64,000 bases of DNA. It comes from Octopus vulgaris. Its lineage: Eukaryota. Below are positions 14,395-27,287 of this stretch, one piece after another. The translations under genes were made by a program, and so were the position numbers. The stretch is from assembly GCA_951406725.2 (NCBI GenBank), contig OX597828.1, forward strand, positions 21,948,001 to 22,012,000, given 5' to 3'. Positions within the stretch are counted from its first letter, which is position 1. Every line of letters starts with the position of its first letter. A model generated the notes under the pieces. That model did not search any database. It saw only the letters and a list, made by a program, of their open reading frames with translations, and was not told where the DNA came from.

Positions 14395-14441
14395 AAAACT
14401 GTCCGACGAATGGGAACGTGAAACGCAGAGTAACAGGTTTT
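14395..14441 (+). ncRNA. Hammerhead ribozyme-like motif (core variant CCGACGA)
   Basis: aaaactgt-CCGACGA-atgggaacgt-GAAA-cgcaga-GTA-acaggtttt, with AATAAA ~20 nt downstream. Confidence 0.6.
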
Positions 14442-14583
14442 GTTGAATTTTCTGCTGCTTTTAAATAAAGTATATATGTATATATATGCCTACGTATATA
14501 TGTGTGTGCACATGTAGATATGTATACATATATATATATATATATGCATATATTTAAACATATGTATTTATCGGAAGGATAGA

Positions 14584-14766
14584 AGTTGAAAATGCACTGA
14601 GAATAGTTAAAATATTTTCTATTAAGATATTTGAATCTTTAACCGGTTTCACAGTTAACACTGATTTTCAAAAAGTTCAAATAGAAAGACGTAAACTGTG
14701 AAACCGGCAAAAGCTTAAAATATCTGAATAAAAACTATTTTAACTATTCTCAGTGCATTTTCAACT
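14584..14766. repeat. Imperfect inverted repeat (~80-bp arms), probable PLE terminal fold-back
   Basis: agttgaaaatgcactgagaatagttaaaata...ccggtttcacagtt versus aactgtgaaaccgg...tattttaactattctcagtgcattttcaact. Confidence 0.75.
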
Positions 14767-14769
14767 ATA

Positions 14770-14860
<91 letters not shown>

Positions 14861-14902
14861 GGATAACGAAGGACTGACGATGGAATATACGAGAATTTAT
14901 TA

Positions 14903-15008
14903 ATCACGACAATTGTTTCAACACATCTAGCATCGATACCTCATGGGTGGTATACTCGTCAACGGGTTCAGGAACATACGACGGCGTAGATGTATCTCGT
15001 CGGATGAT
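14903..15008 (-). ncRNA. Hammerhead ribozyme-like motif with long stem II (core variant CCGACGA)
   Basis: Minus strand: atcat-CCGACGA-gatacatcta...tagatgtgtt-GAAA-caatt-GTC-gtgat, then AATAAA; 10-bp stem II, palindromic acaattgt stem III. Confidence 0.7.
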
Positions 15009-15642
15009 GAATAAATACAATTCGTTTCACAATGTAACTTGCTGTTTTGTAGAAAGAGACACAACCACACGAAGGAACTACCTTCAATTATATAGAAGAT
15101 CAAAAATAAAATCACAGATGGGAAAAAAGAGAAACGAACACGCAATACAGCAAGAAAAGTATTATAAATATGTATGTATGTATGTATGTATGTATGTGTA
15201 TGTATATGATTGTTTGAATATACATTAAAAACACATTTAGCGCTAGTGATCAACTTATTTGTGAACTGAAGGAAGGTACTAAAGAGACATTCATGTGCTT
15301 TCATACCTTGTGTTGTCATATATATTACAATATTAGAACGTGTTACTGATAACTGCAGCCTAAGCTTTCTTCTTCACTAACATGGAAACACGCATCACCT
15401 ATATAGTGTAGAGATTGGTGTGAACATTCAACTGTGTTTCCATATAATATAGTTTTATGAATACTATTACTCATTATATTATTAGCATTATATATATGTA
15501 TATATGAATATGTATATATATGTATATATAGATATGTACTGGGGTGTATATATATATGTGGTAAACATTTGCGCATGTCCGCACACATTTCTTTGCCACA
15601 ACTCGCTGGAAGATATTTATCCACATACGGGCACACACACAC

Positions 15643-15733
<91 letters not shown>

Positions 15734-15735
15734 TG

Positions 15736-15841
<106 letters not shown>

Positions 15842-16384
15842 GCATATATATATATATATATATCAATATATATATATTTGCAACCTTCTTCGTGGTATAT
15901 ACACGCATTTATAGGTATAGAATTGTGCATGTGTTTGTATATGTATGTGTGTTATTAGTGATATGACAAGCGATGTATTTATGTTGTGTAGACATACCTG
16001 CATACTCCTATATACAAGCATTTACACATACATACATAAATATATATATAAATAAATATATATATATATATATATGTCTATATACATACATATACGTATA
16101 TATATATATATATATACACCGTTGCATGCAATCAACTGAGGAGGTTTAGACAGCTGACAAATATATTGCTGTTGTAAACTACGACGAAAAGCGCAAAAAC
16201 GTGTGAATCGATAAAAATGTATTCACTAGAACAGTGCCAGAATGAAAAAGAAAATGCTACGATACGCCATTTTGAAAATATTATTTTTTTTTGCCTCTGT
16301 TAGGATTATTATTTTTTGTTATTAATACTATCACTTACATCGTAATAATGACTGTGTTGATGATGATCATGATGCTTTAAATAG

Positions 16385-16410
16385 TATTAGTAATAATAAC
16401 AACTTTAATG

Positions 16411-16452
<42 letters not shown>

Positions 16453-16489
16453 TTAATAATAATAATAATGATAATAATATTATAATGAC

Positions 16490-16541
<52 letters not shown>

Positions 16542-17191
16542 AAGTAGAAGAAGAAGAGGAAGAAGAAGAAGCAGAAGAAGAAGAAGAAGAAGAAGAAGAA
16601 GAAGAAGATGAATAAGAAGAAGATGAGGAAAGAGACAGAAGAAGAAGAAGAATAAAAAGAAGAAAAGGAAGGAAGAGGAGGACGAGGTAGAAGAAGTAGA
16701 AGGATTAGAAAAGAAGAAGAAGAAGAAGAAGAAGAGGAAAGAGACAGAAGAAAGAGGAGGAGGCAGAAGAAGGAGGGGGAAAAGAAGAAGGAGGTGAAGA
16801 AGAAGAAGAAGCGGAAGAAGAAGAAGAAGCGGAAGAAGAAGTGGATGACGAGGTAGAAGAAGAAGAAGAAGAAGAAGAAGAAGAAAAAGAAAAAGTGGAT
16901 GAAAGAGACAGAAGGAGAAAGAGGAGGTGGAAGAAAAAGAAGTGGAAGAAAGAGGAGGGCGAGGTAGAAGAAGGAGAAGAAGAAGAAGAAGTGAATGAAA
17001 GATACAGAAGAAGAAGCGGAGGAGGCAGAAGGAGATGGAGGAGGGGGAGGAGAAGAAACAGAAAAGGAAGAAGAAGAGGAAGGAAGTGGAAGACGTGGTA
17101 GAAGAAGAAGAAGAAGAAAAGGAGGAGGAAAGAGTCAGAAGAAGAAAGAGGAGGAAGCAGGAGGTGGAGAAGAAGGAGGAGAAGAAGAAGT

Positions 17192-17222
<31 letters not shown>

Positions 17223-17325
17223 GAAGAAGAAGAAGAAGTAGAAGAAGAAGAAGAAGAAGAAGAAGAAGAAGAAGAAGAAGAAGAAGAAGGAGAAGAAGAG
17301 GTAGAAGAAGAAGGGGAAGTAGAAA
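16385..17325. repeat. Compound (ATA)n-(TAG)n-(GAA)n array with a ~780-bp purine-rich tract
   Basis: Direct reading. Confidence 0.95.
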
Positions 17326-17409
17326 TAATGATGGTACTGATGATTAAGCCTATTGATTGGAGGAAAATGATTGTATCCTCTGTGTGTTTCCATATTTTGT
17401 ATGACATGG

Positions 17410-18880
17410 AAAAATGATATTTTTTAGATTATAAAACTGGAAAATTAAAGTATAAGTTATTACATCTTCTAAAGTACAGAAGAATAAAATTTTTACTAAA
17501 AATATTGCAGCTAAGGATAAAATTTCAAATAATTTTTTTCCATTTTGAAAATATTAGCTTTTATTACAACTAAAAAATTTATTACAAGTTATTACTTCTA
17601 TTTTTTATTACTTGTTACTTCTATTAAAAATTTTTTAAATTACTCAAAATTTTTTTTGCACTTTAAAAAAATTAATTTCTTAATTATTAATAAATAATCA
17701 GAATTTCGAAAATAGGATATAAAAACAATAATAGTAGTACATAATTAGTACAAAATATAGAATAATGCAAACATTAGTTATTTATTAATCTCAAATCTAC
17801 GTGTAAAATTTTCACAGTAAAATTTGGTTCACTTGTTGCCTAAGTTATTGTCAAATGTTCACATATTTAGTCTTGACCCAATGCCTATTTTTTGTATAAT
17901 GAATTTGGCTACCATATATACTATTCTACATTGCATAAAACTATAGCTATATTGGTACTTCTGACTTTCATTTTTAAAGAATTCTAGCGAGTCAATATTT
18001 TAACCAAATGATGATATCTTTTTTAAATCATAATGTTACATTGTAAATTAGAATCAAATAATTTTTAATATTCAAATTTTATCCTTAGCTGCAATATTTT
18101 AAGTAAAAATGTTCTTGTTCTGTACTTTACCAGAAATAATAAGTTGTGATGTTTTCCAAGTGTTATAACTTGTCCTGTAATTTTCCAGGTTTATAATGTT
18201 AAGAATATTATTTCACTTGCTTGCATTATCAATGTAATCTTTTTTTCCAGGCTATGCTATTATACTATTTAATAATGTGTCAAATGTGTCAGTTAGCGGT
18301 GTCGTTGATAATGTTTTCCTTATCTCAATGGCCCCGGTGACGTATATTAAAAGTTCCCTATAGAACTATATTATCACCCTCAAATTTGAGAAACAAACAC
18401 CCATAACATTTTAAAACTTTATTGCATGAGATTGATATCATGAAATTCTTCGATTTGAGCTCTATCATTTAAGCTTAATTGAAATATATATATAGTTTGT
18501 TTTTAAAATATAAAAAAGTTAATTATACTTAAATCCAATTTTTGCCTTATTTTTTTCATGATATTTTACCTCCCAACATTTTTGATACATTTTTTGTTGC
18601 ATGGGACCAAAAGTATAACATTTTCATGCTTTCTACTATCATTGAATCTAACGTAAACATATTTTGCTTTTAAGATAACTAAGTTGTTTAGATCTAAACT
18701 TGATTGGTGGCGCAACTTACTCTCCAATAACGTTGCTACAAATTTTGATGTAAACTGTTTTCATTGTTTTATGCCAAAATGTAGCCCTCTACAAAAATGT
18801 TAACAGTTTTCAATTCGGTTAAGAACTGATTTAGCGAAAAGCTCTGAAAGATTCTGTGTGTGAGTAAATAGCGGCCTTAA
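17410..18880. mobile_element. AT-rich relic with internal inverted repeats, possibly a non-autonomous DNA transposon
   Basis: 17415-17535 (aaaatattgcagctaaggataaaattt) is inverted at 18065-18215 (aaattttatccttagctgcaatatttt); the block ends ...gcggccTTAA; no transposase seen. Confidence 0.35.
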
Positions 18881-19067
18881 GAATATTACTCAATGATACT
18901 GAATATATATTTCCTTATCGTGTCTCTCGGCCCTAGTCCTTTTCCCTCCTTTACCGTCATCTGCCTGTGTAAACCCTCGGTACTATTATTATCATCATCA
19001 TCATCAATGTCATAGTTGTCAACATCATCATCATCATTAAAATTATTTATGTATATATATATATATA

Positions 19068-19349
19068 AGTGATCCCCTTCGGTCAGACAATGATCATGGG
19101 TTTGCACCTAGAGAGTTACGCTTTGAGGCACAAGTCTGGGCTGGGTTGTTTTTATGGAAGACCAGCAGTCGCCTATGCATACCGGCCTCCCCTCTCCACG
19201 TCACCGATGTTGTCCAAGGGAAAGGCAAGGGCCGATACAGCTTGGCACCTGTGACGTCGCAACTCGTTTCTACAGCTGAGTGAACTGGAGCAACGTGAAA
19301 TAAAGTGTCTTGCTCAAGAACACAACACGCAGCCCGGTCCGGGATTCGA
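19068..19349 (-). mobile_element. SINE family C lacking its 5' head
   Basis: Matches 12550-12810. Confidence 0.82.
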
Positions 19350-19555
19350 GATAGATATATATACATGTAAATAAAACCCATGTAGGATACGTATGGAAGG
19401 AAGTGCGAGAAAAAGAGGACCGATGAAAGTTTTTCGTACTACAATTAAGAGTGCTTAAGAGTTTCAATTAAAAGATCCAGAGAGTTCGATGTGTATTTTA
19501 AAAACACATAATGGTATAACGTTATATAAGTGTATGAGTATGATTGCCTAAGTTG

Positions 19556-19638
<83 letters not shown>

Positions 19639-19695
19639 CCCATTAACAACTTGGGGTTCAATGGAGTGTTAGGTACCACTCCGATTACGTAGCCC

Positions 19696-19758
19696 CGTGC
19701 TCATCAGTGATGGCCGTTAACGGCTACTTCTGCTGAGCGAAACCGATAGGTAAGCACG
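19696..19758 (+). ncRNA. Hammerhead ribozyme relic with deleted CUGANGA core
   Basis: Stem I cgtgct/agcacg, stem II gctcatcag/ctgctgagc and GAAA-ccgatag-GTA are present; the core heptamer is absent. Confidence 0.55.
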
Positions 19759-20685
19759 ACCGTAATGGAGATCTAGTACTGTACATTTCAATTAAAATAT
19801 ATCGCTATATATATTCATGTGACGTATAGGATCTGAATGTATATTAGAGTCAGAGAACCATTGCCAGTATTATGGCTATTATTATGAGTGATTCTGGAAC
19901 CAATATTTTAAACTGCAATCCACTGATTTCCTTTAAACGACTGTTGTGTACCATAAGCACCATGCATTGTGCCATAATCACTATGAAACCCGAGGCTACA
20001 TGGTTGCAAAGTTATCTTCTTAACCAGACAGCCACATATGTACCTTTCTAAAAACGAAACAAAATAGCACGATTACAATATTGCTTATTCTATAAACAAA
20101 TCGGCTCACTCTCCGAATATTCCGTGCTGTATCAACTGAAATTCTGCAGAAAAATCTTTTAGTGGAGATGAATATTTTTGAAACAAATTCATGCGTGTTA
20201 AGAAAGATCTTGGATATTCTCGCAGTGTTTAGTTTCTCTTGACGTTTTCAAGATTCTATTAAAGTTTAGTTATTGGAAGGTCATGTTCCGTGTTTAGATT
20301 TTGTATCTTATCTAGAGATACCCGTTTTGATAAGTGTAATTTCGATGCATTCGCCTATATAGCTGCAAGACCAGAAGTGCCATTTCTAACGTAATACGGT
20401 TTCACTCATATTTTTGACAACTAGACAGATTCTTCTCCTTCTTTGAAATACTCATTTCATTTATTAGTTTACTCCATAGCCAACGCTTTTACAACATCGG
20501 CGGCAGATACATTCGTATACTAAACACTCAAACACACACACACAATGACACACATAATACACACATACACAGACACAATAACATAGAAACGCACATATAT
20601 GTCTGCTTACATATATGCACACATATAGGTTTAACCAATTTATGCACAAGCTTTTTCATTCAGACTGTATTAATCATATATATAC

Positions 20686-20805
<120 letters not shown>

Positions 20806-20923
20806 TTACGCAAAAACATGTACACCTCTTGTAGATGTGGATATACAGTTGAATACACATTATGTATGTTCATTATATTCTGCTACATATAAGTATATAT
20901 AATAAATAAATAAACAAATATAC

Positions 20924-20959
<36 letters not shown>

Positions 20960-21124
20960 CACAGACACCACGCACACTCACACACATATACATATATATA
21001 CTTACTCCTTGTATACGACTTGCAAGATTGTTTATATGAATTCGTGTTTCCAGATATAACAATATATAAATATTTACACATACACACACATTTATAAACA
21101 CTTAAAGGCCCATACATACATACA

Positions 21125-21164
<40 letters not shown>

Positions 21165-21200
21165 TATATCTATATATATATATGTATATATATGTATATA

Positions 21201-21259
<59 letters not shown>

Positions 21260-22212
21260 GCATATGATATATCTACTTAAATATATTTGATATATAATAT
21301 CTTTATATATCTACCATATATCCCTATTGAAATGCATAAATATATTTAGAGAAACATAAATGTATTTAGATTTCTCTCTCTCTTTCTCTGTATTTCTCGC
21401 TCACTCTTCCCTCTGTTCTATCCTTATCTCTGTCACTCCCTCTGTCGCTGACTCTCCCTCTCTCTCTCTCTTTCTCTACACCCACACATACCCACTCACT
21501 TATGTAAGTGCATCAGTACGCCGATTTTCGAGAAACCCTTTGTTTCAAAGCTAATCCTGTTCTTTCAGAGCAAACGACACAACGCAATAACTCAAGCCTT
21601 AAACCTTTGTACAACTAAATATCAATCTGTCATGTCTCTTATATCACAACAGAATTTTTAGAGAAACGAGTTTGTCAAACATTATATTTCTAAATGAAAT
21701 AAAACGAAAATATGTTTTACTAGTTGGCAACAATGAAACAGTAACATTAATCGAAAACCAAAAACAACGGTATTAACTGCAGTAATTAATCAATTTAATG
21801 GAAGTAAATATGTATTGTGGAATTAAGCGAATATATTTCGCATTTGAAGAGTGTAATGTATATAGCTTCGTCCCAAGGTGAATGTTTCTTTATGGGTTTG
21901 TAAAGCTCAATGCCCAGCGTTGTCAGATGTTGGCCCTCTACTTATATGTTCTTTTTGGCTATCTTTCCAAATATTTCATCCCAGAGAAATTAATTATAAT
22001 ATATTTATATCTTCCTCAGCTGTAATTTCTCATGCCTCAAATAAGTATTCATCATGGACTCTTCTGCTGTAACCATTGATCTTTTTTATATATATCTATG
22101 TATGTATGTGTACATATATAAATACATACACACACACACGCACATATATACATACATACATACATACATACACACATATGTTTGTGTGTAAACACATACA
22201 TATACATGTATA

Positions 22213-22422
22213 AGAACCCAGTACACTCTGTGGAGTGGCTGACATTAGGAAGAGCATCCAGTCGTAGTAAGCATGGCAGAACAGACAATGGAACCCTAAT
22301 CCGACTTTTAGCCTTACCAGCTCCGTATCAACCGCCCAACCGATGCCAGCATAAAAAACCGGACGTTAAATAAGGATGACGACGACGACGACGACAATGA
22401 TGATGATGATGATGATGATGAT
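22213..22422 (+). mobile_element. 3' part of an RTE-related short retroelement with (GAT)n tail
   Basis: gtggctgacattaggaagagcatccagtcgta...ccgatgccagcat...ggacgttaaa followed by (gac)n/(gat)n, resembling the ggcgtcaggaagggcatcc motif of RTE-partnered SINEs. Confidence 0.55.
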
Positions 22423-22911
22423 GTTGAGGTGGAGGAGGAGGTGGAGGACGTGACGAAGATCGATATTCGAAACAATACAATTATGTATTACAATTAAGAT
22501 AAAAATAGTTTCCCTTCAATCCAGGAGACCCGAAGCTGGAACCGCAGATTAAATGTCATAACCAGGACAGTGACCCGTGTTAGTGTGACACGATTAGTTA
22601 AAAGAAAATTAACGAACGAAAATTAATTGTAAACGTATCAATTATTCTACCTGCCAAAGCTACTGCAGCCCTACTGATCTTCAATTGGCAAAGTTCTGAA
22701 TTTTAGTGCAACTGTAAAATAAATGACGATGATCTGGAAGTTGGACTCTGTGAGGATTATCGTCCGCTTCGACGTTAATCTTTTCATCTTAGATTTCTGG
22801 TACCGTAGATAGAATATCCAAGCTACTTGAAGTTGAACTAACGAGACAAACATTATTATTGTTTACCTTTTTCAACATCTCATTCAAACGAAATTGCGTC
22901 ATGCATTTTGA

Positions 22912-22944
<33 letters not shown>

Positions 22945-23211
22945 GCGTAATTTTTCATGCAATAAATGCAAATTCATTAATTCTTGTTCCGTAAAGGCGG
23001 CAAGCTACTCTTTTGATTACATCATTCATCAAATCAAGCAACATGACATAGGAAAGTTGTTTAAGTCTTTCTGTTACAACTGTTTCATCTTCGTTATTAT
23101 CATCTTCAGCAATTGCCTTATCGTTTTTTTTTTCTTTCTCAACATCAGAACAATCTATAATTTATACGATGTTGCATAACACGTATTTCTTAATCAATAT
23201 TAATCTACTTT

Positions 23212-25100
23212 AAGGCAGCGAGCCGGCAGAGTCATTAGCACGCTAGGCAACAAAAGTACTTAGCGGCATTTCGTCTGTTTTTACTTTATGAGTTCCAGTT
23301 CCGCCGATGCTGACTTTGCCTTTCATCCAATCGGCATCGATGAAATAATGATCAGTTGTATTATGAGGTCGTTGTAATCGACTTCCAGACCAATTGGTAT
23401 TCTTGTGCAAAAATGTGAAACCAGTATTCTTTTCTATTCTAGGCACAAGGCCCGAACATTTTTGGGGGACGTGGTGGGTACTCAATTAGATCGATCCCAG
23501 TGTCCAAATGGCACTTAATTTATCAACTCCGAAAGGATGAAAGGCAAAGTCAACCTCAGTGGAATTGCAACTCAGCACGTAAAGACAGACGAAATACCTA
23601 TTTCTTTACTACCCACAAAGGGCTAAACACAGAGAGGACAAACAAGGACAGACAAACGGATTAAGTCGATTATATCGCCCCCAGTGCGTAACTGGTACTT
23701 ATTTAATCGACCCCGAAAGGATGAAAGGCAAAGTCGACCTCGGCGGAATTTGAACTCAGCACGTAAAGACAGATGAAATACCGCTAAGCATTTCCCCAGC
23801 GTGCTAAAGTTTGTCCCAGCTCGCCTCTTTAATATGAAAGCAATATTCTTTTCTACTCTAGGCACAAGGCCCGAAATTTGGCGAGATAGGGCCAGTCGAT
23901 CAGATCGACCCCAGTACGCAACTGGTACCTAATTTATCGACCCCGAACGGATGAAAGGCAAAGTCGACCTCGGCGGAATTTGAACACAGAACGTAAAGAC
24001 AGACGAAATACCGCTAAGCATTTCGCCCGGCGTGCTAACGTCTCTGCCAGTTCACCGCTATACTATGAAACCAATATTATCTGCTCTAACGCGGTGACCT
24101 GCCAGAGTCGTTAGCACGGTGGCTAACAAAAACGCTTAGCGGCATTTCGTCCGTCTTTACATCCTGAGTTCCAATTCCACCAATGTTGACTTTGCTTTTC
24201 ATCTATTCGGAGTCGTTAGCACACCTGGCAAAATGTTTAGCGGCATTTTGCTCGTCTTTACATTGTGAGTTCGAATTCCACCATCCATTTGAGACTGATG
24301 AAATAATTATCAGCTGAACACGTTGACTTGTGACAGAAATGAAACCAATATTAATTCGCACTGATATATTATCTTGATTAAGATTGTCTTTAAGACTTCC
24401 TCCTGAATATTATTTGCTGCCAGAAGGCGACAACCTGGCAGAAACGTTAACGTGCCGGGCGAAATGGTTAGCGCTATTTCGTCTGCCGTTACGTTCTGGG
24501 TTCAAATTTCACCGAGGTCCACTTTGCCTTTCATCCTTTCAGGGTCGATAGATTAAGTACCAGTTACACAATGGGGTCGATGTAATCGGCTTAATCCCTA
24601 TGTCTGTCCTAGTTTATCCCCTCTATATTCAGCCCCTTGTGGGCAATCGGGAAATACGAAACATTAGCACGCCGGGTGAAATGTTTAGCGGTATTTCGTG
24701 TCTTTACGTTCTGAATTCAAATTCTGCCGAGGTCGACTTTGCCTTTCATCCTTTCAGGGTCAATAAATTAAGTACCAGTTGCGTAATGGGGTCGATCTAA
24801 TCGACCCCCCACCAAAAAAAAAAAAAAAGAATTTCGGGCTTCGTGCCTAGAGTAGAAAAGAATATTATTTGCTGTCAGGTGGCGAACTGGCAGAAACTTT
24901 AGCACGCTGAGCAAAATGATTATCGGATTTTAATCGTCTTTATGTCCTGAGTTCCTATTCTGCCGAGGTCGACTTTGCCTTTCATCTTTTTGTGGTCGAT
25001 ACAAATAAGTACAAATTGAGCACTGGTGTGGACTTAATCGATTTCCATGTCCCACCCGCACTGGAAATTTCTGGCCTTGTGCCAAAGTGTGGACCAATAT
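23212..25100. mobile_element. Cluster of about 8 SINE family B copies (Meta-domain-like body) in both orientations
   Basis: Copies at ~23212(+), 23425(-), 23596(-), 23843(-), 24085(+), 24424(+), 24656(+), 24877(+); most share gactttgcctttcatcctttc...gataaattaagtaccagt. Confidence 0.88.
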
Positions 25101-25504
25101 TTTTCCGCTGTTATATAAACTTCATTAATCTCTGTTATATTATCTTCTTTATATCCTCGGCAAAAATCTGTTACTTGCCTTTTCGTACTCTGTATTCTAG
25201 TAACACATTAACATTTTGTGGCTTTTATGATACAAATTGTTGTTAAAATTTTCACCAAATCCATTATCAAACATCAAGGCAGACAACAACTAATCTCAGT
25301 TTTCTTTAGCATAGATGCTTCTATCTTCTCTTATTCTCTATAACTTAACAAAACAACATACTGCTTCTTAAATTATTTAATAAATGCTGGTAAATAATGG
25401 CTAAACATTTCCTATATCTAGGAAGCATTTCATGAATAGTGAGTGATACATAGATTGTACGGAGTAGAGTGGAGACTGAAGAGTTGATCCGGATATCTGT
25501 TTGT

Positions 25505-25613
<109 letters not shown>

Positions 25614-25920
25614 AATATGCGAGTATATATATATGTGTGTGCGTGTGCGTGTATATGTATGTATGTATACCTTTATTTAAAAATAACGTATCTCCCTATC
25701 AACATATGTGTATGTGTGTATATATGTGTGTATGTGTATGCTTGTGTATACCCACGAAGTTATATCTAAACGTGCCCGGACTAGTGCTGGAGCATGCCAA
25801 CAGGTGGCAGCACACATCTGCATGTCATGCGCAGGGAGACCTAGCAGTGTCCTTTATGTGGCAGTGTACCGAGTGACATAATTTTGATTATTTCGCAAGT
25901 GGTGAAATTTGTGTATCTCT

Positions 25921-26595
25921 TGTCTTTTACTTGTTTCAGTCATGAGACTGCGGCCATGCTGGGGCAACGCTTTCTAATTTTTTTTTGTCGAATGAATGGA
26001 TCTTAGTAATTACTTTTCTTAAAACCTGGAACTTATTCTGTCGGTCTCTTTTGCAGAATCGCCAGGTTATGACTGCGTAAACACAATAAAACCAGTTGTC
26101 AAACGGTGATGGTATACAAAAGGCGGCGAGCTGGCAGAAACGTTAGCACGCCGGGCGAAATGTTTAGCGGTATTTCGTCTGCGTTACGTTGTGAATTCAA
26201 ATTCCGCCGAGGTCGACTTTGCCTCTCATCCTTTCGGGGTCGATAAATTAAGTACCAGTTACGCACTGGGGTCGAGGTAATCGACTTAATACCTATGTCT
26301 GTCCTTGTTTGTCCGCTCTGTGTTTAGCCCCTTGTGAGTAATAAAGAAATAGGTATACAAACACTGACATAATCACAAAAACACATACACACACACATGC
26401 ACACACACACACACACGCGCACGCATGCACACACACACGTACAAACACATACACACGCACACTCGACCAGCTTCTTTCAGTTTCCGTCTAGTAAATTCAC
26501 TCACAAGGCTTTGGTCGGCCCGAGACTATAGTAAGAAACAATTGTCCAACGTGCCACGCTGTGGTCATGTATCCAGAACCGTATGGTAGGGAATC
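25921..26595 (-). mobile_element. SINE family A interrupted by a SINE family B insertion
   Basis: 3' part 25921-26120 and 5' part 26362-26595 flank the B copy. Confidence 0.78.
26121..26351 (+). mobile_element. SINE family B, full length
   Basis: aggcggcgagctggcagaaacgttagcacg...gtaataaagaaata; 10-bp TSD ggtatacaaa at 26111-26120 and 26352-26361. Confidence 0.9.
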
Positions 26596-26602
26596 AACCT
26601 TA

Positions 26603-26750
26603 GTTGCGTCTTGTAACCTTTTCAAGTCTTGGAGATTGAAAATGTTGCAAGACGCAACGAAAATTTTCAGAAAATAAAAATAAGGAATAAGTAGAAATTT
26701 TCCCGGTGAGTGTGTTAAATTATAAGGCACAAAAAGAAACTGATTCTCTA
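26603..26750. repeat. Repeat family E copy 2 with terminal hairpin
   Basis: gttgcgtcttgtaaccttttcaa...ttgaaaatgttgcaagacgcaac hairpin at 26603-26656. Confidence 0.65.
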
Positions 26751-27123
26751 AATGCCAAATATGCCGAAATTGGAACTATTGTCCATAACCATATAATTTT
26801 TCACAATACGCACGCTACTCGAAAAAAGGTCGACAGAAATTTCTAAAAAATTCCATTATTACCATATCGGACCGATTTCAGGTTTACTCATACCCATGGG
26901 TATGAGTAAGTATCTCATTTACTTCTTTACCAAATTTATCCCTGACGAAGGAAGGGTTCTTACGAACTAACCATGAAATCGGTCCGATATGGTAATAATC
27001 GGTCCGATATGGTAATAATGGAATCTTTTACAAATTTCTGTCGACTTTTTTTCGAGTAGCGTGCGTATTGTGAAAAATTATATGGTTATGGACAATAGTT
27101 CCAATTTCGGCATATTTGGCATT
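26751..27123. mobile_element. Inverted repeat (~130-bp arms), probable PLE pseudo-LTR fold-back
   Basis: 26751-26880 is the reverse complement of 26974-27123; the right arm has a 21-bp tandem duplication; hammerhead-like motif at the junction. Confidence 0.72.
26936..26990 (+). ncRNA. Hammerhead ribozyme-like motif
   Basis: tatcc-CTGACGA-agg..gttcttacgaac..ccat-GAAA-tcg-GTC-cgata; one stem I mismatch. Confidence 0.55.
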
Positions 27124-27239
27124 AGCAATTTTTTCGTTTGCCCTCATTTATAAGTTGTTTATAAATTTAACCTCTAAAGGTATTTTTTAATATGCTGGCC
27201 ATTGATAAAATATATTTTCGAAAAATGTTTATCCTACAT

Positions 27240-27287
<48 letters not shown>

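Noticed and set aside
16377-17417. 338-aa and poly-Glu ORFs
   Set aside because: (GAA)n translation
22648-22718. Minus-strand micro-exon (ttttacag...cag/gtaga)
   Set aside because: Stops in all three frames; no support as coding, though a non-coding exon cannot be excluded
23212-25100. CRISPR-like repeat array
   Set aside because: Long, variably oriented SINE copies in eukaryotic DNA; no spacers or cas genes
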